A DNA stretch of 64,000 bases, taken from NCBI GenBank assembly GCA_963808625.1, contig CAWEHK010000051.1, positions 97,425 through 161,424 of the forward strand. Direction: 5' to 3'. The notes beneath the pieces were generated by a model. It made no database searches, was not told the DNA's origin, and worked only from the letters and a program-made list of their open reading frames with translations. This stretch comes from an uncultured delta proteobacterium (GTDB lineage Bacteria; Desulfobacterota; Syntrophobacteria; Syntrophobacterales; Syntrophobacteraceae). The position numbers and the translations under genes are program-made. Positions 8,211 to 20,800 of this stretch are shown here, piece by piece; the stretch's first letter is position 1, and each line of letters starts with the position of its first letter.

Positions 8211-11027
8211 ATGTCCCATGTGATTTTTCGCTTCGTCCTGCTGGCGCTGATCTCATTGAGCGGCTTGATCCAGACCGGCATCGCAAACGCCTCTAACGCT
8301 GCAGCCCAAGAGTCGCGTGTTCCTTCAGGAGATGAAGTTCCTCCCACGGTAACCAGGTTGTCTCCCCTTGCCATCGCTGCCATACCACCGGCAGGTCAGC
8401 ATCTGGTGCGGCCCCGCGAAGGGGTCATCGAGCGCGGACTGCGCAAACAAGGGAAAATCGTCCCCGGTATGACTCCCGACCAAATCCGCTCCGCGGTGAA
8501 GGATTATTATGATCGTTTTTCCAAGGAGTCGAGCACCTGGGTCTCGCCGGAAATTCAGGAACGGGCTCTGCAACGGCAGGCGGAATTAGGGCATGCCCAA
8601 CGGTCAGGAATGAGTCGCGAGGCCCTTCCTGCGTCCTTGGCGGTCCAGCCTGTTACTGCAGCCATCCTGGCACTCGCCGTGGATTTTGGCGGGACCGATA
8701 AGTTCAACTATTGGGCAACGTCAGGAAAAGTGTGCGCCAAGACGTCGGTGACTACCTCCGGTCCCTCACGGGGCCTGATTCCTCATCCCGGGCCACGCGA
8801 TAACAACACCATCTGGTATGCTCCTGCGACTACTGCTAACGCCAAATTCTACGAAAAGCTCATCTTCGGTTATGAGGGTGTCGGCCGGGTGCGCCGCGAT
8901 CTCCGCGACCCCGTCGATGGCAAACGCGGGATCAACCTCTCCGGCTATACCGTCCAGGACTATTACGACCATATGGCCGGCAAGGGGAATGTCCTTTTGA
9001 CCGGAAGGGTGGAAGGCTGGGTCACCGTCGACCACAGCGAAGGCTACTATGGCGCGCCCTATTGCGAGCAAAAACATGATGGCGGAGGGCTCGACCCCAC
9101 CGGGCAGCTCGTCCCCACCGGGCAGCTCGTTGTGGACGCCCTGGACAAGTTCATGGCGGCCCACCTGGACTATTACTTTGACACCAGCCCCACTGCTTTC
9201 TGGAAACAGTTCGACGCCAATCAGGATGGTGTTGTGGATTCTCTGTGGATCATTCACGCCGGCGTTGGTCAGGAAAGCGGAGGGGGAGCGCAAGGAGATT
9301 TTGCCATCTGGAGTCAGAGCTATGATTTGCGTAAATACACCGCTTATCCTCAGTGGAAGAATGGATACAAGGTCTACGAGGGCGATCCCGATACCACCGC
9401 CGACGACATCGTTGTCGGTCCCTATACCATGCAGCCGGAAAACACCGATTTGGGAGCGCTGGTTGAAGAATTTGGCCATAACTTCTTCGGGCTGCCGGAT
9501 CTTTACACGATCGATGTGGAGAACTCCGTCGGTTTCTGGAGTATCATGGCCGCCGGGACATACGGTGGTTGGCTGGGAGGCGCTACTCCCGTGGGCATGC
9601 CGCTCTGGTTTCGCATGATCGCTCAATGCGGCGACCAACCCTGTAACTGGCAGGAGCCCATGCTCTCGCTCCCATACAATAGTTCCGCCAGAAAGGTTTC
9701 CATCGGGCAGCTTGAGAGCACTCCCGAAGGCGTCTACAAGGGTATCAAGATCGATCTCCCCGATGATGTGGATCCTGGGCTGGTGAAGAACCTGGCAGGG
9801 ACTGGTAAGGGAGCTCACAGTGGCTCAGGCCGGAACAACATCGATATTACCCTCGACCGAAAAATCTGTATCTCCAAGAAAGCCGGCGCCCGCCTATCCT
9901 TTGATGCTTTCTGGGATCTCGAAGAGGATCGTGACTACGGGTATGTGATGGTGCATGACGGCACGGACTGGATATTCCTCGATGACAATGACACTGTCAT
10001 GCGAAAGACCAACCCGTACGGGAACAATCTTGCTCAGGGACTAACCGGTTCCGGCAACCAGAAACTGCGCTTCAACCTCGCCGCCTACCGAGGCAAGACC
10101 ATCACGCTCCGTCTGCGATACAAAACCGATGCCTCCAAGACCGGACCCGGATGGTGGGTGGATAACCTCAGATTGGATGGCAAATCCCTTGATCAGTTTG
10201 AAGAGGCCGTGCCACCTTCCGCCTTTTCCGGGTGGCTTAATTCCACCCCGGGCTGGCGCGTCGTTCCCCAGTACCAGTCCTATGCCAATTACTATTTGAT
10301 CGAGTGGCGGACGAACACCCGCTATGATCGTATGGTGAAAACGGCCTATGTCAAGAATATCGACGACGGGTACGAATGGCAGGTCGAGCGCATACCCTAC
10401 AATATTCCCGGGGCGGTCCTCTATTACGCCAATATGCGTTATTGCGTCTCCGATTATCGCGGGACATCCTATCTGGAGAGCAACCTGTCTGACGCTCCCA
10501 GCATCGGCCCCAAGCACCCCTTGCTGGTTGTAGACATGAATTATGGACCTCTTCGACGCGACGACAACGGATCTGTTTTCGACGCCCGTATCGCCAGCTA
10601 CGATGCCGCGCTGACGCTTCAGCCCACAAAGGCCTTCACCATTACCCAGATCGACCTGGGAGAAAGTATACTCGAAGGTCCGTGGCATTTCCCATCGAAG
10701 CCCGCGATCAGGAAATTCGACGATGCCAAAGGCTATTATGCCGGTCTTTATGCCGGAACGCCATGCAGCGAGTCTTACTGTCTTGCCAATGAAGGCGGCA
10801 GTGCCGTGATTCCGGCATTGGGCAAATACACTACCAGGATCACCCACTACGATGGCACTCCTTTTCCCGAGTTGTATGGCAAAACCGTCGAGTTGAATGG
10901 GACAAAATACCCAGGACTTAAATTGGGCAGCGGTAACCCTGGGGATAGCAAGCTCCAGTGCGGCGTGACGATCAAACTTCTCAGTTCCGACGGCCCTACG
11001 GCAAAACTCAGCATCAACAGCCAGTAG
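8211..11027 (+). CDS. Secreted immune inhibitor A-like (peptidase M6) metalloprotease, variant zinc motif
   Basis: Signal peptide; IIHAGVGQE.GGG..AIWS, YTMQPE, EEFGHNFFGLPDLY, WSIMAAG, WDLEEDRDYGYV, YYLIEWR. Confidence 0.85.
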   Translation: MSHVIFRFVLLALISLSGLIQTGIANASNAAAQESRVPSGDEVPPTVTRLSPLAIAAIPPAGQHLVRPREGVIERGLRKQGKIVPGMTPDQIRSAVKDYYDRFSKESSTWVSPEIQERALQRQAELGHAQRSGMSREALPASLAVQPVTAAILALAVDFGGTDKFNYWATSGKVCAKTSVTTSGPSRGLIPHPGPRDNNTIWYAPATTANAKFYEKLIFGYEGVGRVRRDLRDPVDGKRGINLSGYTVQDYYDHMAGKGNVLLTGRVEGWVTVDHSEGYYGAPYCEQKHDGGGLDPTGQLVPTGQLVVDALDKFMAAHLDYYFDTSPTAFWKQFDANQDGVVDSLWIIHAGVGQESGGGAQGDFAIWSQSYDLRKYTAYPQWKNGYKVYEGDPDTTADDIVVGPYTMQPENTDLGALVEEFGHNFFGLPDLYTIDVENSVGFWSIMAAGTYGGWLGGATPVGMPLWFRMIAQCGDQPCNWQEPMLSLPYNSSARKVSIGQLESTPEGVYKGIKIDLPDDVDPGLVKNLAGTGKGAHSGSGRNNIDITLDRKICISKKAGARLSFDAFWDLEEDRDYGYVMVHDGTDWIFLDDNDTVMRKTNPYGNNLAQGLTGSGNQKLRFNLAAYRGKTITLRLRYKTDASKTGPGWWVDNLRLDGKSLDQFEEAVPPSAFSGWLNSTPGWRVVPQYQSYANYYLIEWRTNTRYDRMVKTAYVKNIDDGYEWQVERIPYNIPGAVLYYANMRYCVSDYRGTSYLESNLSDAPSIGPKHPLLVVDMNYGPLRRDDNGSVFDARIASYDAALTLQPTKAFTITQIDLGESILEGPWHFPSKPAIRKFDDAKGYYAGLYAGTPCSESYCLANEGGSAVIPALGKYTTRITHYDGTPFPELYGKTVELNGTKYPGLKLGSGNPGDSKLQCGVTIKLLSSDGPTAKLSINSQ

Positions 11028-11474
11028 AGCTCATCGCCACACCTTCGAGAAATGCGAGGCTCTCCACCCTGCTCCCGTCGAACATGCGCCTTAGTGCAGC
11101 TCAGCAAAATAAAGTGTCCATTATCCTGGATCGTCTATTCCGGCAATCTCCTAGCCGGAATCCACAAGAGCTTCCTGGATACCGGCTAAAAACATCCCGG
11201 TATGACGAAGGGAAATCCGGACACTCAATTCTGCGACGCAGTACTTAGAGCAGCTCAGCACCAATGAGTGCCCGAATTCCAGTCGTCATGGCCACAAAAG
11301 CGGGCTTTCCCAGGCTCTCCTGCTAAATGGACGCTTTATTTTGCCGTCAAGTACTCAGACTAACAAGGCAAAGATCGTTAGAAGGTAAAATCCGAAATTC
11401 GAATAGCGAAATCCAAGCGGGGATGTTCAGCGATCGCTTGTGGGTCCCGACCGACGCAAAGGGTGAAGCCGCAC

Positions 11475-11514
11475 AAAAAAGGGGGGAGCCGGAATGGCTC
11501 CCCCCTCATTTTTT
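11475..11514. terminator. Bidirectional intrinsic terminator
   Basis: AAAAAA GGGGGGAGCC-loop-GGCTCCCCCC then a T-run; between convergent genes. Confidence 0.75.
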
Positions 11515-11568
11515 GATCATGCTCCTCTCGGAAGGTTGCAGGCCCACCGAGAAAAATTCAGCGCAATC

Positions 11569-12672
11569 TTATCGTTTACCTCTTTCTTCATTCGGAAACC
11601 CGGTATCCCACTTGATGTATACGGGCCCTTTGACGTACTTGCCGGCAGTGCTCGCATGGGTGCCACCCTTATCCTGGTAAGTTATCCCATCAAGGGTGAT
11701 CTTCGTATCGAGCAGGCCGAGCAACGGGCTTTCTTTACTGCCCGGGCAGTAGTTGTTGCTCGCCAGACCCTGCACCCGCATCCGCGCGGCACTGGTATGC
11801 AACCGGTTAATGTTGAAAGGTTTGATCTTGCCGGTGTCCTGAGGAATCCTGAAGGAATCCAGGGAAGCTTCGATGAAGCAGCTAAAGCACTGGTGGAGCC
11901 CGGTGAACTTGATTTCATTGTAGTTCCAGATGGTAAACGTCGCCTTGGTTTTCGTGGAACCAGCTCCATCCTGCTTCAGGTCCTGAATGCAGGGGATAAG
12001 GGTCAGATCACTCTGACTAGTGGCGCTCTCTGCCGGAAAGTCGATCACCAGGTAACTGGGGCAGGCGTCATAACCGACCGCATCTTGATAGCCGCCATTC
12101 AGCAAGAGAGTTCCCCCCGTGCCGACCGGATTGCCGCGCGGCACATTGGCGGCGAAACGATACGCATTGTATTCCCAGGCGCTGCCGTTGGCAAAGTCAA
12201 CGATAATGGCCTCACCCTTGAGAGAGTTCCAGGAAATCTGGTTCTGGGCCTCGGCATCGACCGCCCAGCACTTCAGGATCCCCTCATTACCCTGTTCAAA
12301 AGGCGCTATCGGTGGGCTTTTCGCGTAACTCACATCCCACAGGTGCTCTCCCGTACTAGCTTTGAAAACGGCTGGCTGGCCGCTCGTCAGCCTAAACTGG
12401 AAGTCGGTGTTGACGCAGCCATTTCTTGTAGTACCGGTCACAGGATCCGGATTCAGGTCCTTGTATTCCCAGTAGCATTTTACATTTACGGCCGAACTAT
12501 ACGAATTGTAGATGGCAATGTAAGTGTCCTGGGTACCCGTCGTGATGATTTTGGGCCAGATCAGCAAGCTTCCCTGTTTGGTGGTATCCGTAACCGTCTG
12601 GGCAAGGCACCATGAACTCAATACCGCAATCGAAAAAGCCATGACCAAAGTCACGAGCGTGCACTTTTTCAT
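11569..12672 (-). CDS. Cys-rich secreted protein, paralog P1 (unknown family)
   Basis: AAGGAGG RBS, signal peptide, TTKQGSLLIWPKI, KCYW, LKCWAV, YDACP, LIPCIQD, IWNYNE, QCFSC. Confidence 0.8.
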   Translation of the reverse strand: MKKCTLVTLVMAFSIAVLSSWCLAQTVTDTTKQGSLLIWPKIITTGTQDTYIAIYNSYSSAVNVKCYWEYKDLNPDPVTGTTRNGCVNTDFQFRLTSGQPAVFKASTGEHLWDVSYAKSPPIAPFEQGNEGILKCWAVDAEAQNQISWNSLKGEAIIVDFANGSAWEYNAYRFAANVPRGNPVGTGGTLLLNGGYQDAVGYDACPSYLVIDFPAESATSQSDLTLIPCIQDLKQDGAGSTKTKATFTIWNYNEIKFTGLHQCFSCFIEASLDSFRIPQDTGKIKPFNINRLHTSAARMRVQGLASNNYCPGSKESPLLGLLDTKITLDGITYQDKGGTHASTAGKYVKGPVYIKWDTGFPNEERGKR

Positions 12673-12744
12673 ACTCTTACCTCCTTATCATGTTGTCGCA
12701 ATGCCAAATGGTAGCGATCACTTCGGCATCAATAGACACCTCGC

Positions 12745-13885
12745 CTAATTCACAGATACCGTAATGGCGGGGACACCCTTACAAGCGTTTCCGTTTGTCG
12801 TCCACTCACCAATGCCAGTCGGGGTTACCGCTGTTATCGGTCCCAAGAAGCCGTTGAATCTCTTAACGATAACCCCAACCGCAGGATATGCGATGTAACC
12901 TGCCGGCAGGAGGCATTCCGTGCCGCCTGCGTAGGGACAGGTCGATGGCACAAACGGCGTTGCCGTAAACGCCCCGGCAGAGGTGGATTGGACACTCTTA
13001 AAGTAGGGAGCGGCGGCAAGGGAATCTGCGAAGAAGCAGCTCAGACAAAGAGCGCTGCTGCCGCGGCCAACATCTTGCTCGTTTTCATTTCGACTTGGGG
13101 CATCGAACTTGAGAACGGTCGGACCGCCATCCTGCGTGAAGTCCTGTTTGGTGGGAGCGATCGCCACATAATTGTCCACACTGCCGGTATAGGTCTGGTC
13201 TGTAGGGTTCGGCGTCTGCCTGAGATAATCAAAGATGAGAGCGGCCGGGGCTGAATCATAGTTGCCGGCATCGCCGCTCAACTGGAGCACTCCCGGGGTC
13301 GTCCCAACCTGGGTGAGCGCGGGTGCGTTAGCCGCAAAACGCCACGCACTGTAGGTAGCAACGCCGACTCCAAAGGGTGGCAGGGGCGTTCCTGGCGGTG
13401 CGACATAATATTGCCATTGCCGCAACAGGGTCGCCTCACCGGTAAGCTGGTTATATGACATTCTGGGTAGTTGCACCACTGTCTTCCTGACTGGTTACCC
13501 AACACTTGGCTTCGGCCACATTGCCGAAGTCTATTCCGGAATCCAGAACATTGTCGCCATCCAGATCTGTCCCGTCACTGGCCTTGAAGGTTATCGGCTG
13601 GTTGGGAGTGAGGATAAAACATTGCTCAACCCGGTCGCATGCATCTTTGAGCACAAAAACACAGCATACATTAACCGAATAATAATTGTCATTGCCGATG
13701 GTGATCAGGGTTTCCCACGATTCCGTCCCAAAGTTAGGGTAAACTGTAGTATCGGTCCTGATCAAGGGAAATATCAGCAGGCTACCCTTCTTTGACGTAT
13801 TCGCGACGGTTCCCGCAAGGCAAGGTCCACCGACTGTCACAAGCAGAAAAGCTATGAGCAAACTCACGAGCATGTATTTCTTCAT
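12745..13885 (-). CDS. Cys-rich secreted protein, paralog P2 (divergent; frameshift near 13455)
   Basis: AAGGAGG RBS, MKKYML signal, NTSKKGSLLIFPLI, LTPNQPITFKASDG, KCWV, then SYNQLTGEA, KQDFTQD, RNENE, CLSC in the next frame. Confidence 0.75.
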
Positions 13886-14837
13886 ACTCCTTCCTCCTTT
13901 GAACTTGTTCAGTGATAATTGCATCAGAGGTTAACCCCTCTATGAAAAGGTTTCCACATCAGAAAACTTATGCCGCGAACAACCACCCCCCTTCCGATCT
14001 GTCAATTCAACGCCATCCTTGCTGAATTCCCAGGAGCACCCCTCTGAATCCGCCCCATCCTCCCCTGGCCTGGCAATGAACCCAACCTGTGCTCAGCTCC
14101 AGAAACCACAACAAAGCAACAACTAATGTCCTCGGCATCCCGACAAAAACCCAAAGCCCCCTCTCGGCCTGTCCGGAGCAGATCCCCGCACAGGACACAA
14201 GATTGGCTCGGGATACCGATAGAACTACGACTAACGATTGTCCGTACTTGCCTGAGCTACTTCACTAATTGCGCCATCTTTCACAGAAGCTCCCCGTATG
14301 TCAAGCAAAATCTGCATGCGACCTTACAGGACCGGGTTGCAGGTTGAACATCGCTCCCCTGACAGCAGCCATGGAACGCACCGATAACGGTATGCAAAGG
14401 AGAGCGCAACCACGGGGACGGCACCAAACGTTATTCCGACCTGGCGGCCATGACTTCACTCGACCCCATGATCAACGCTGAAAAAGGCGATATTTTTATC
14501 CTGTGCTGTGACCCTTGAGCCTACAGCATTGTATATAAAGCCAACCCGCTCCCACGTCGCCCACACGCGATGCGGAGCCCCACAGTCGGTTACAAACTCC
14601 GCTGGCGGCGCGATTTGATGGGGGTCATACCACTTCTGACCCGCTGGGAGATTATCATTTAGGGGCTTGCTACAATTCTTTGTAAAGTTTCCTTTTATCA
14701 TGATCAATTGTATAGTACCATTCTCCAGTACGATTAAAGTGCTCAACGGTGATAGCAATCCATCTTCCGATTCGTCTCCAGCGCGATGTGGATTGCTTTA
14801 TGAGGCAGGTTGGACAAGAGACAGGGGGAACACCGCA

Positions 14838-17800
14838 ATGCGTTGGAATTTCAGTCGTCTGTTTCTGCTTTTCTCTTTCGTCACCATGTTCGGATTGGTC
14901 GGGCGAGCCCATGCTGTTATCGGTCTCGTGGATACTCCGGGCTATGCGCGTTGGGTCATGGTTTCGGGACCCTACGCCTATGTGGCGGATGACTACAGCG
15001 GTCTGCAGGTCATTGATGTCAGCAATCCGAAGAAACCAACGATCACCGGTTCGGTGGACACCCCGGGCAATGCGAAAAAGGTTTTTGTTGCCGGCTCTTC
15101 CGCTTACGTGGCCGATTACTGGGACGGCTTCCACATCGTGGACATCAGCAACCCTGCATCCCCTGCCCTGGTCGCTTCTCTCTCCTTGCCGGACGCCGCC
15201 GAAGGGGTCTTTGTGTCCGGTTCCTATGCTTACGTCGCCGATGGCACCTACGGCCTCAAGGTTATTGACGTCAGCAACTCCCAGCGCCCCCACTGTCGTC
15301 GGTAGCGCGAACACTTCCGGCTATGCTCTGGATGTCAAGGTGTCGGGGTCCTATGCCTATGTGGCAGACGGACCCGGCGGTCTTCAGGTTATCGATATTT
15401 CGAAACGCGCTCAGCCCAAGATTGTGGGTGCCGCAGCCACGCCCGGCGATGCTAAGGGAGTAAGCGTAGCCTGGCCTTACGCCTATATCGCCGACGATGC
15501 TCAAGGCATTCAGGTCATCGATATTACGGAAGCCAGCAACCCAAAGATTGTCGGCTCCCTCCTCACCTCAGGCACGTGTCAGGCGGTATTTCTGGTCTAT
15601 CCCCTGCTCTTTGTGGCCGCCGATGTGGATGGGCTGAGGGTGGTTGACGTCAGCAATCCAAAAGCCCCGGTCCTGCTGGGCACGGAATTTACCTCGGGTT
15701 ACGCCTTAGGCGTTTATGTTACCGAGAGCTTGGCCTACATGGCAGACTACGACATTGGTCTCGAACTTATCGACGTCAGGAAATACTTTAGCCACATTGT
15801 CGCCACCGTCGATACCCCGGGCAATGCTTTGGATGTGAAAGTATCCGGTTCGTACGCTTATGTGGCCGATGACGCCGGAGGTCTCCAGGTGATCGATGTG
15901 GGAAAGCCTGCCGCTCCGACCATTGTTGGCTCCCTCGCGACAACGGGAAATGCGCAGGGAATCCATGTGTCCGGGTCTTATGCCTATGTCGCTGAGGACC
16001 TTGCCGGTCTTCAGGTGATCAACATCGATACCCCCCAAAGCCCGTTCGCCGTGGGTTCGATCACGCTACCCGGACAGGCCAGGGGGGTCTTCGTCTCGGG
16101 CTCCTGCGCCTATGTCGCGGCAGGGTCGGACGGTGGCCTCCAGGTGATCGACGTCGGAGATCCTGAAAATCCCGTTGTGATCGGGGCCGTCGCCACGCCC
16201 GGTTCCGCGGAAAGCGTTCGTGTGGTCGGTTCTCAGGCGTTTGTAGCCGATGGCTCGGCCGGTGGTCTGCAGGTAATTGACGTGAATAACCCGCAAAGCC
16301 CAACCATCATCGGTTCTCTGAGCACCTGGGGCACTTGTTATGAGCTTGATGTGTCCGGCACTCTGGCTTATGTGGCTGACGGGCTTAACGGCCTGACCGT
16401 TGTCGATCTCGGGGACCTCAACAACCCGATCCCGATCGGCGGCTATGAGACCGACAGCAGCGCCAGTGGAATCCGTGTCGCGGGCCTCTATGCTTTCCTG
16501 GCCACCACCACGGACGGTCTGAGCATTTTCGACATCAGCGAGCCCGCTGAACCTTTCCCAATCGTTACTGTCAACACTCCCGGTACGGCCTACAAGGTGG
16601 AGCTGTCCGGATCGTACGGCTTCATTGCGGATGGTGTTAAAGGCCTCCAGGTCATCGCGCTGTCGAATTTTCCGTGTGACCAGCAGCCCCCTGAAATTCC
16701 ATCGAGCATTTCCTATCCTGCCAGCGATGGCGACGGGATCTTCACAGTAAGCTGGCCGTCCGCACTCCGGGCCGAAACCTATAACGTCCAGCGCGCCAAT
16801 AATTCTCTTTTTACAGGCGCCATCTCCGTCTACGACGGACCCGCCACTCTTTTTCAGCAATCCAACCTATTTACCGGGACCTTTTACTATCGCGTGAGAG
16901 CCCTGAATGATTGCGGCGCGAGCGGCTGGAAAACCGGCGGCGCTATCAGCGTCACGTCCTTTCCACCCAGACCGAACAGTATCAGCTACGCAGCCAGCAG
17001 TTGCGGAGGGAGTCTGGCGATCACCTGGACATCCTCGGTTGGGGCAACCGCCTATTTAGTGCAGCGGGCCTCCAACATATCGTTTACCGACGCCATCGAT
17101 CGCTATGCCGGTCCCAGCACCTCCTTCACCGATTCGTCCCTGACTTACGGCACCTACTATTATCGCGTCAGGGCAAGCAATGGCTACGGCACAAGTCCCT
17201 GGAAAACAGGAGGCGCCACGACGGTGCCGCCTCCCCCCGCCGTTCCGGCGAGCATCACCTACCCCGCCAAGACCTGTAGCGGTAACCTCACGGTAACGTG
17301 GGCACTTGCGAGCGGGGCAACCGGTTACACCCTCCAGCGCGCAACCAAGGTCGACTTCAGCGATGCGACCCAAGTCTACCTCGGAGCGTCCAACTCTTAC
17401 ACGGAGCCCGGTCTTTCTCCCGGCACTTACTATTACCGGGTACAGGCCAACAATAGTTGCGGCAGCAGTACCTGGAAGAGCGGCTCGGCCAGCGTGGTCC
17501 CTCCCGCTCCCCCGGCCCCGGCCAGCATCTCCTACCCGGCATCAAGCTGCGGCGGCAACTTTACGGTCAGTTGGGCAGCGGTCACCGATGCGGTCTCCTA
17601 TACCCTGCAGCGCGATACTTCCGCTGCGTTCACAAGCCCCGTTGAGAATACGACGAGCTCACTTTCCTACAGCCAGGGGGCACTTTCCGCAGGGAGTTAT
17701 TTTTTCCGGGTGCGTGCGAATACCGCCTGCGGCAGCGGAGCATGGCAAACCGGCCCTGCTAGTGCGGTCCTGGCGGCACCCCCGGCCCCGGATGGCATCA

Positions 17801-20800
17801 CCTATCCCGGCAGCAGCTGCAACGGAAACTTTACCGTAACCTGGCCGGGTGTGGCCGAAGCAACTGCTTACGTGCTGCAGCGGGCAACCAATGCCTCCTT
17901 TACCGACGCCGCCCAGATTTACAGCGGCGCCGCGACGTCTTACTCCCAGGGCGCCCTCGATCCGGGCGTCTATTATTATCGGGTTCAAGGAAGCAACACC
18001 TGCGGCTCCGGCACTTGGAAGGCCGGCGCCGCGGTTACCGTGACCACCACTCCCCCGACTCCGGGAACCCTCACCTACCCCGCCAAGACCTGTAGCGGCA
18101 ACCTCACGGTAGCGTGGACTCTTGCGAGCGGGGCAACCGGTTACACCCTCCAGCGTGCAACCACTGATGCCTTCAGCGATGCGACCCAAGTTTATCTCGG
18201 AGCGTCCAACTCTTACACCGAGCCCAGTCTTGCTCCCGGCACCTACTATTACCGGGTGCAGGCAAACAACGGCTGCGGCAGCAGTGCCTGGAAAAACGGC
18301 GTGGCCACCGTGGTCACTCCTGCCCCCCCGGCCCCGGGCAGCATCTCCTACCCGGCATCAAGCTGCGGCGGCAACTTTACGGTGAGTTGGGCGGCGGTCA
18401 CCGATGCGGTCTCCTATACCTTGCAGCGCGATACTTCCGCTGCGTTCTCGAGCCCGGTCGAGAATACGACGACCTCAACTTCCTTCAACCAGGGGGCTCT
18501 TTCTGCGGGTAGTTATTTTTTCCGGGTACGAGCGAATACCGTCTGCGGCAGCGGAGCATGGCAAACCGGCCCTGCCGTTGCGGTCCTTGCGGCACCTCCT
18601 GCCCCGGCCGGCATCACTTATCCCGGCAGCAGCTGCGACGGAAACTTTACCGTAACCTGGCAGTCTGTGGCCGAAGCAACTTCTTACGTGCTGCAAAGGG
18701 CAACCAATGCCGACGTTTACCGACGCCGCCCGGTCTATACCGGCACCGCGACGTCCTACTTATCAGGCCGCCCTCGATCCGGCCGTCTATTATTACCGGG
18801 TTCGAGGAAGCAACACCTGTGGCACCGGCAGCTGGAAGGCTGGCGCCGCGGTTACCGTGACCACCAACCCTCCGACTCCGGGAAGCTCCCACCTACCCTT
18901 CGGACAACTGTGGCGGAAGTTACACGGTTAGCTGGTCCTCGGCTTCCGGGGCAACCGGCTACACCCTGCAGCGGGCAAAGAATGCCTCGTTCACCGATCC
19001 CATTACCGTTTATAGTGGTTCCAATCTCTCTTATACGGAATCGAGTGTTGCCACAGGAATTTACTATTACCGGCTTCAGGCCAGTAATCCGTGCGGCAGC
19101 AGCGCTTGGAAAAGCGGCCCGGCCATCACGGTAGTAGCTGCTACTCCCCCGCAGCCCGCCGGCATCGACTATCCGGCAAGCAATTGTGGTGGGACCTTTA
19201 CCGTCAGTTGGCCGGCCGCAAGCGGCGCCACCAGTTACAACCTCCAACGGGCCACCAACGCTTCCTTCACTTCTCCCATTTCGGTATATACCGGCGCGAC
19301 AAATTCCTTCAATCAGACCGGCCTGGCCAGCGGCACCTATTACTATCGCGTCCAGGCCTCCAATAGTTGCGGCGCCGGTGACTGGCAAACAGGCTCCGCC
19401 ATCATCGTTTCCGGTGCGCCTTCCGCTCCGGCCATACCTCTCCTATCCGGTGAGCGTTTGCGGGAGTAGCCTTAGCGTCAGTTGGGCGGCAGTTGCCGGC
19501 GCTTCAAGCTATACCCTGCAGCGGGACACCGACGCCCTCTTCACTCACCCGACTCTGGTTTATGAAGGCTCCTTGACTTCCACCACCGACACCCCGGGTG
19601 CCGGCACCTTCTATTACCGGGTGAGAGCAAACGGCGCCTGCGGCGCGAGCAATTGGACGGTCGGCGTCGGCACCGCCGTGACGCCGGTGGTGGGAACCCC
19701 GGAGACAATCAGTTATCCTTCCACCAGTTGTACCGGGAATTTCACCGTGAGCTGGTCCGCCGTGAACGGCACCGCCTATTACGCACTCGAAAGGTCTGCC
19801 AACGCATCGTTTTCACCTTCCACACAGCTCGCGACGGGACCCCAAACCTCTTACAATCAGGCAGGCCTAGCCGCCGGGACCTATTACTATCGGGTGCGGG
19901 CTTACAATTGTGGCGCCGGTGGATGGAAGGCAGGTGGCCCCATTACCGTGGGGGCATCCCAGCCTCCTGCCGCTCCCACCACGATATCCTACCCGGCAAG
20001 CAGCGCTACGGGGAGTTTTACCGTGACTTGGTCGGCCGTCAGTGAGGCTGCCGGTTACACGCTCGAGCGGGACACCAGTGATTTGTTTCCCAAGCCGGTT
20101 CAGGTTTATAGCGGAACGGCAACGTTTCCTATGACCAGCCTAAGTTGGCGGCCGGGGAAGTACTACTACCGCGTGCGGGCCAATAGCGACTGCGGCAGCA
20201 GTGATTGGCTCTCCGGCAAAAAGGTGGTGGTCGCCAGCAACCAGCCTCCGGACCTGTCCGGTCCGCCCATCGGGACCGCGACGGGAAAAACGGGTATTTC
20301 CTATAAATTCACCGGACAGGCAACCGATCCCGAAGGCAATCGCGATCAGATACCGCTTTGATTGGGGAGATGGCAGCCGTGACCTCCTGGTCGTCATTCG
20401 GCTTTCCGCGGTTACAAGTGGCACAAATGGCTTGTACCGGGTGCTTATTGTGTCAAAGTCCAGGCCAAGGACGGCAACGGGGCGCTCAGCGATTGGTCTG
20501 ACTGCGCCACGCTCAAGGTGACGAGCCGCCCGCCCGCTGCAGCCTGCTCCTCCGACCGGTCCGACCACCGGGGTCAAGAATACCTCCTACACCTTTACCG
20601 GTACCAGGCAGACGCGGACCCCGACGGCGACCCGGTCCAGTACCGCTTCTCATGGGGCGACGGGACAACCAACTCATCCTGGTCCTCGTCGCCGTCTCGG
20701 GCCCACAAGTGGGCCAAGGCGAACTCCTACTGCGTGAAAGTACAGGCACGGGATGATAAGGGCGTGACCTCCAAGTGGTCCGCGTGCGCAAACATTGAGA

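Noticed and set aside
11494..12615. Long antisense ORFs (also 8766-9818, 21679-22542, 41929-43167)
   Set aside because: Shadow frames of well-supported genes on the opposite strand in GC-rich DNA
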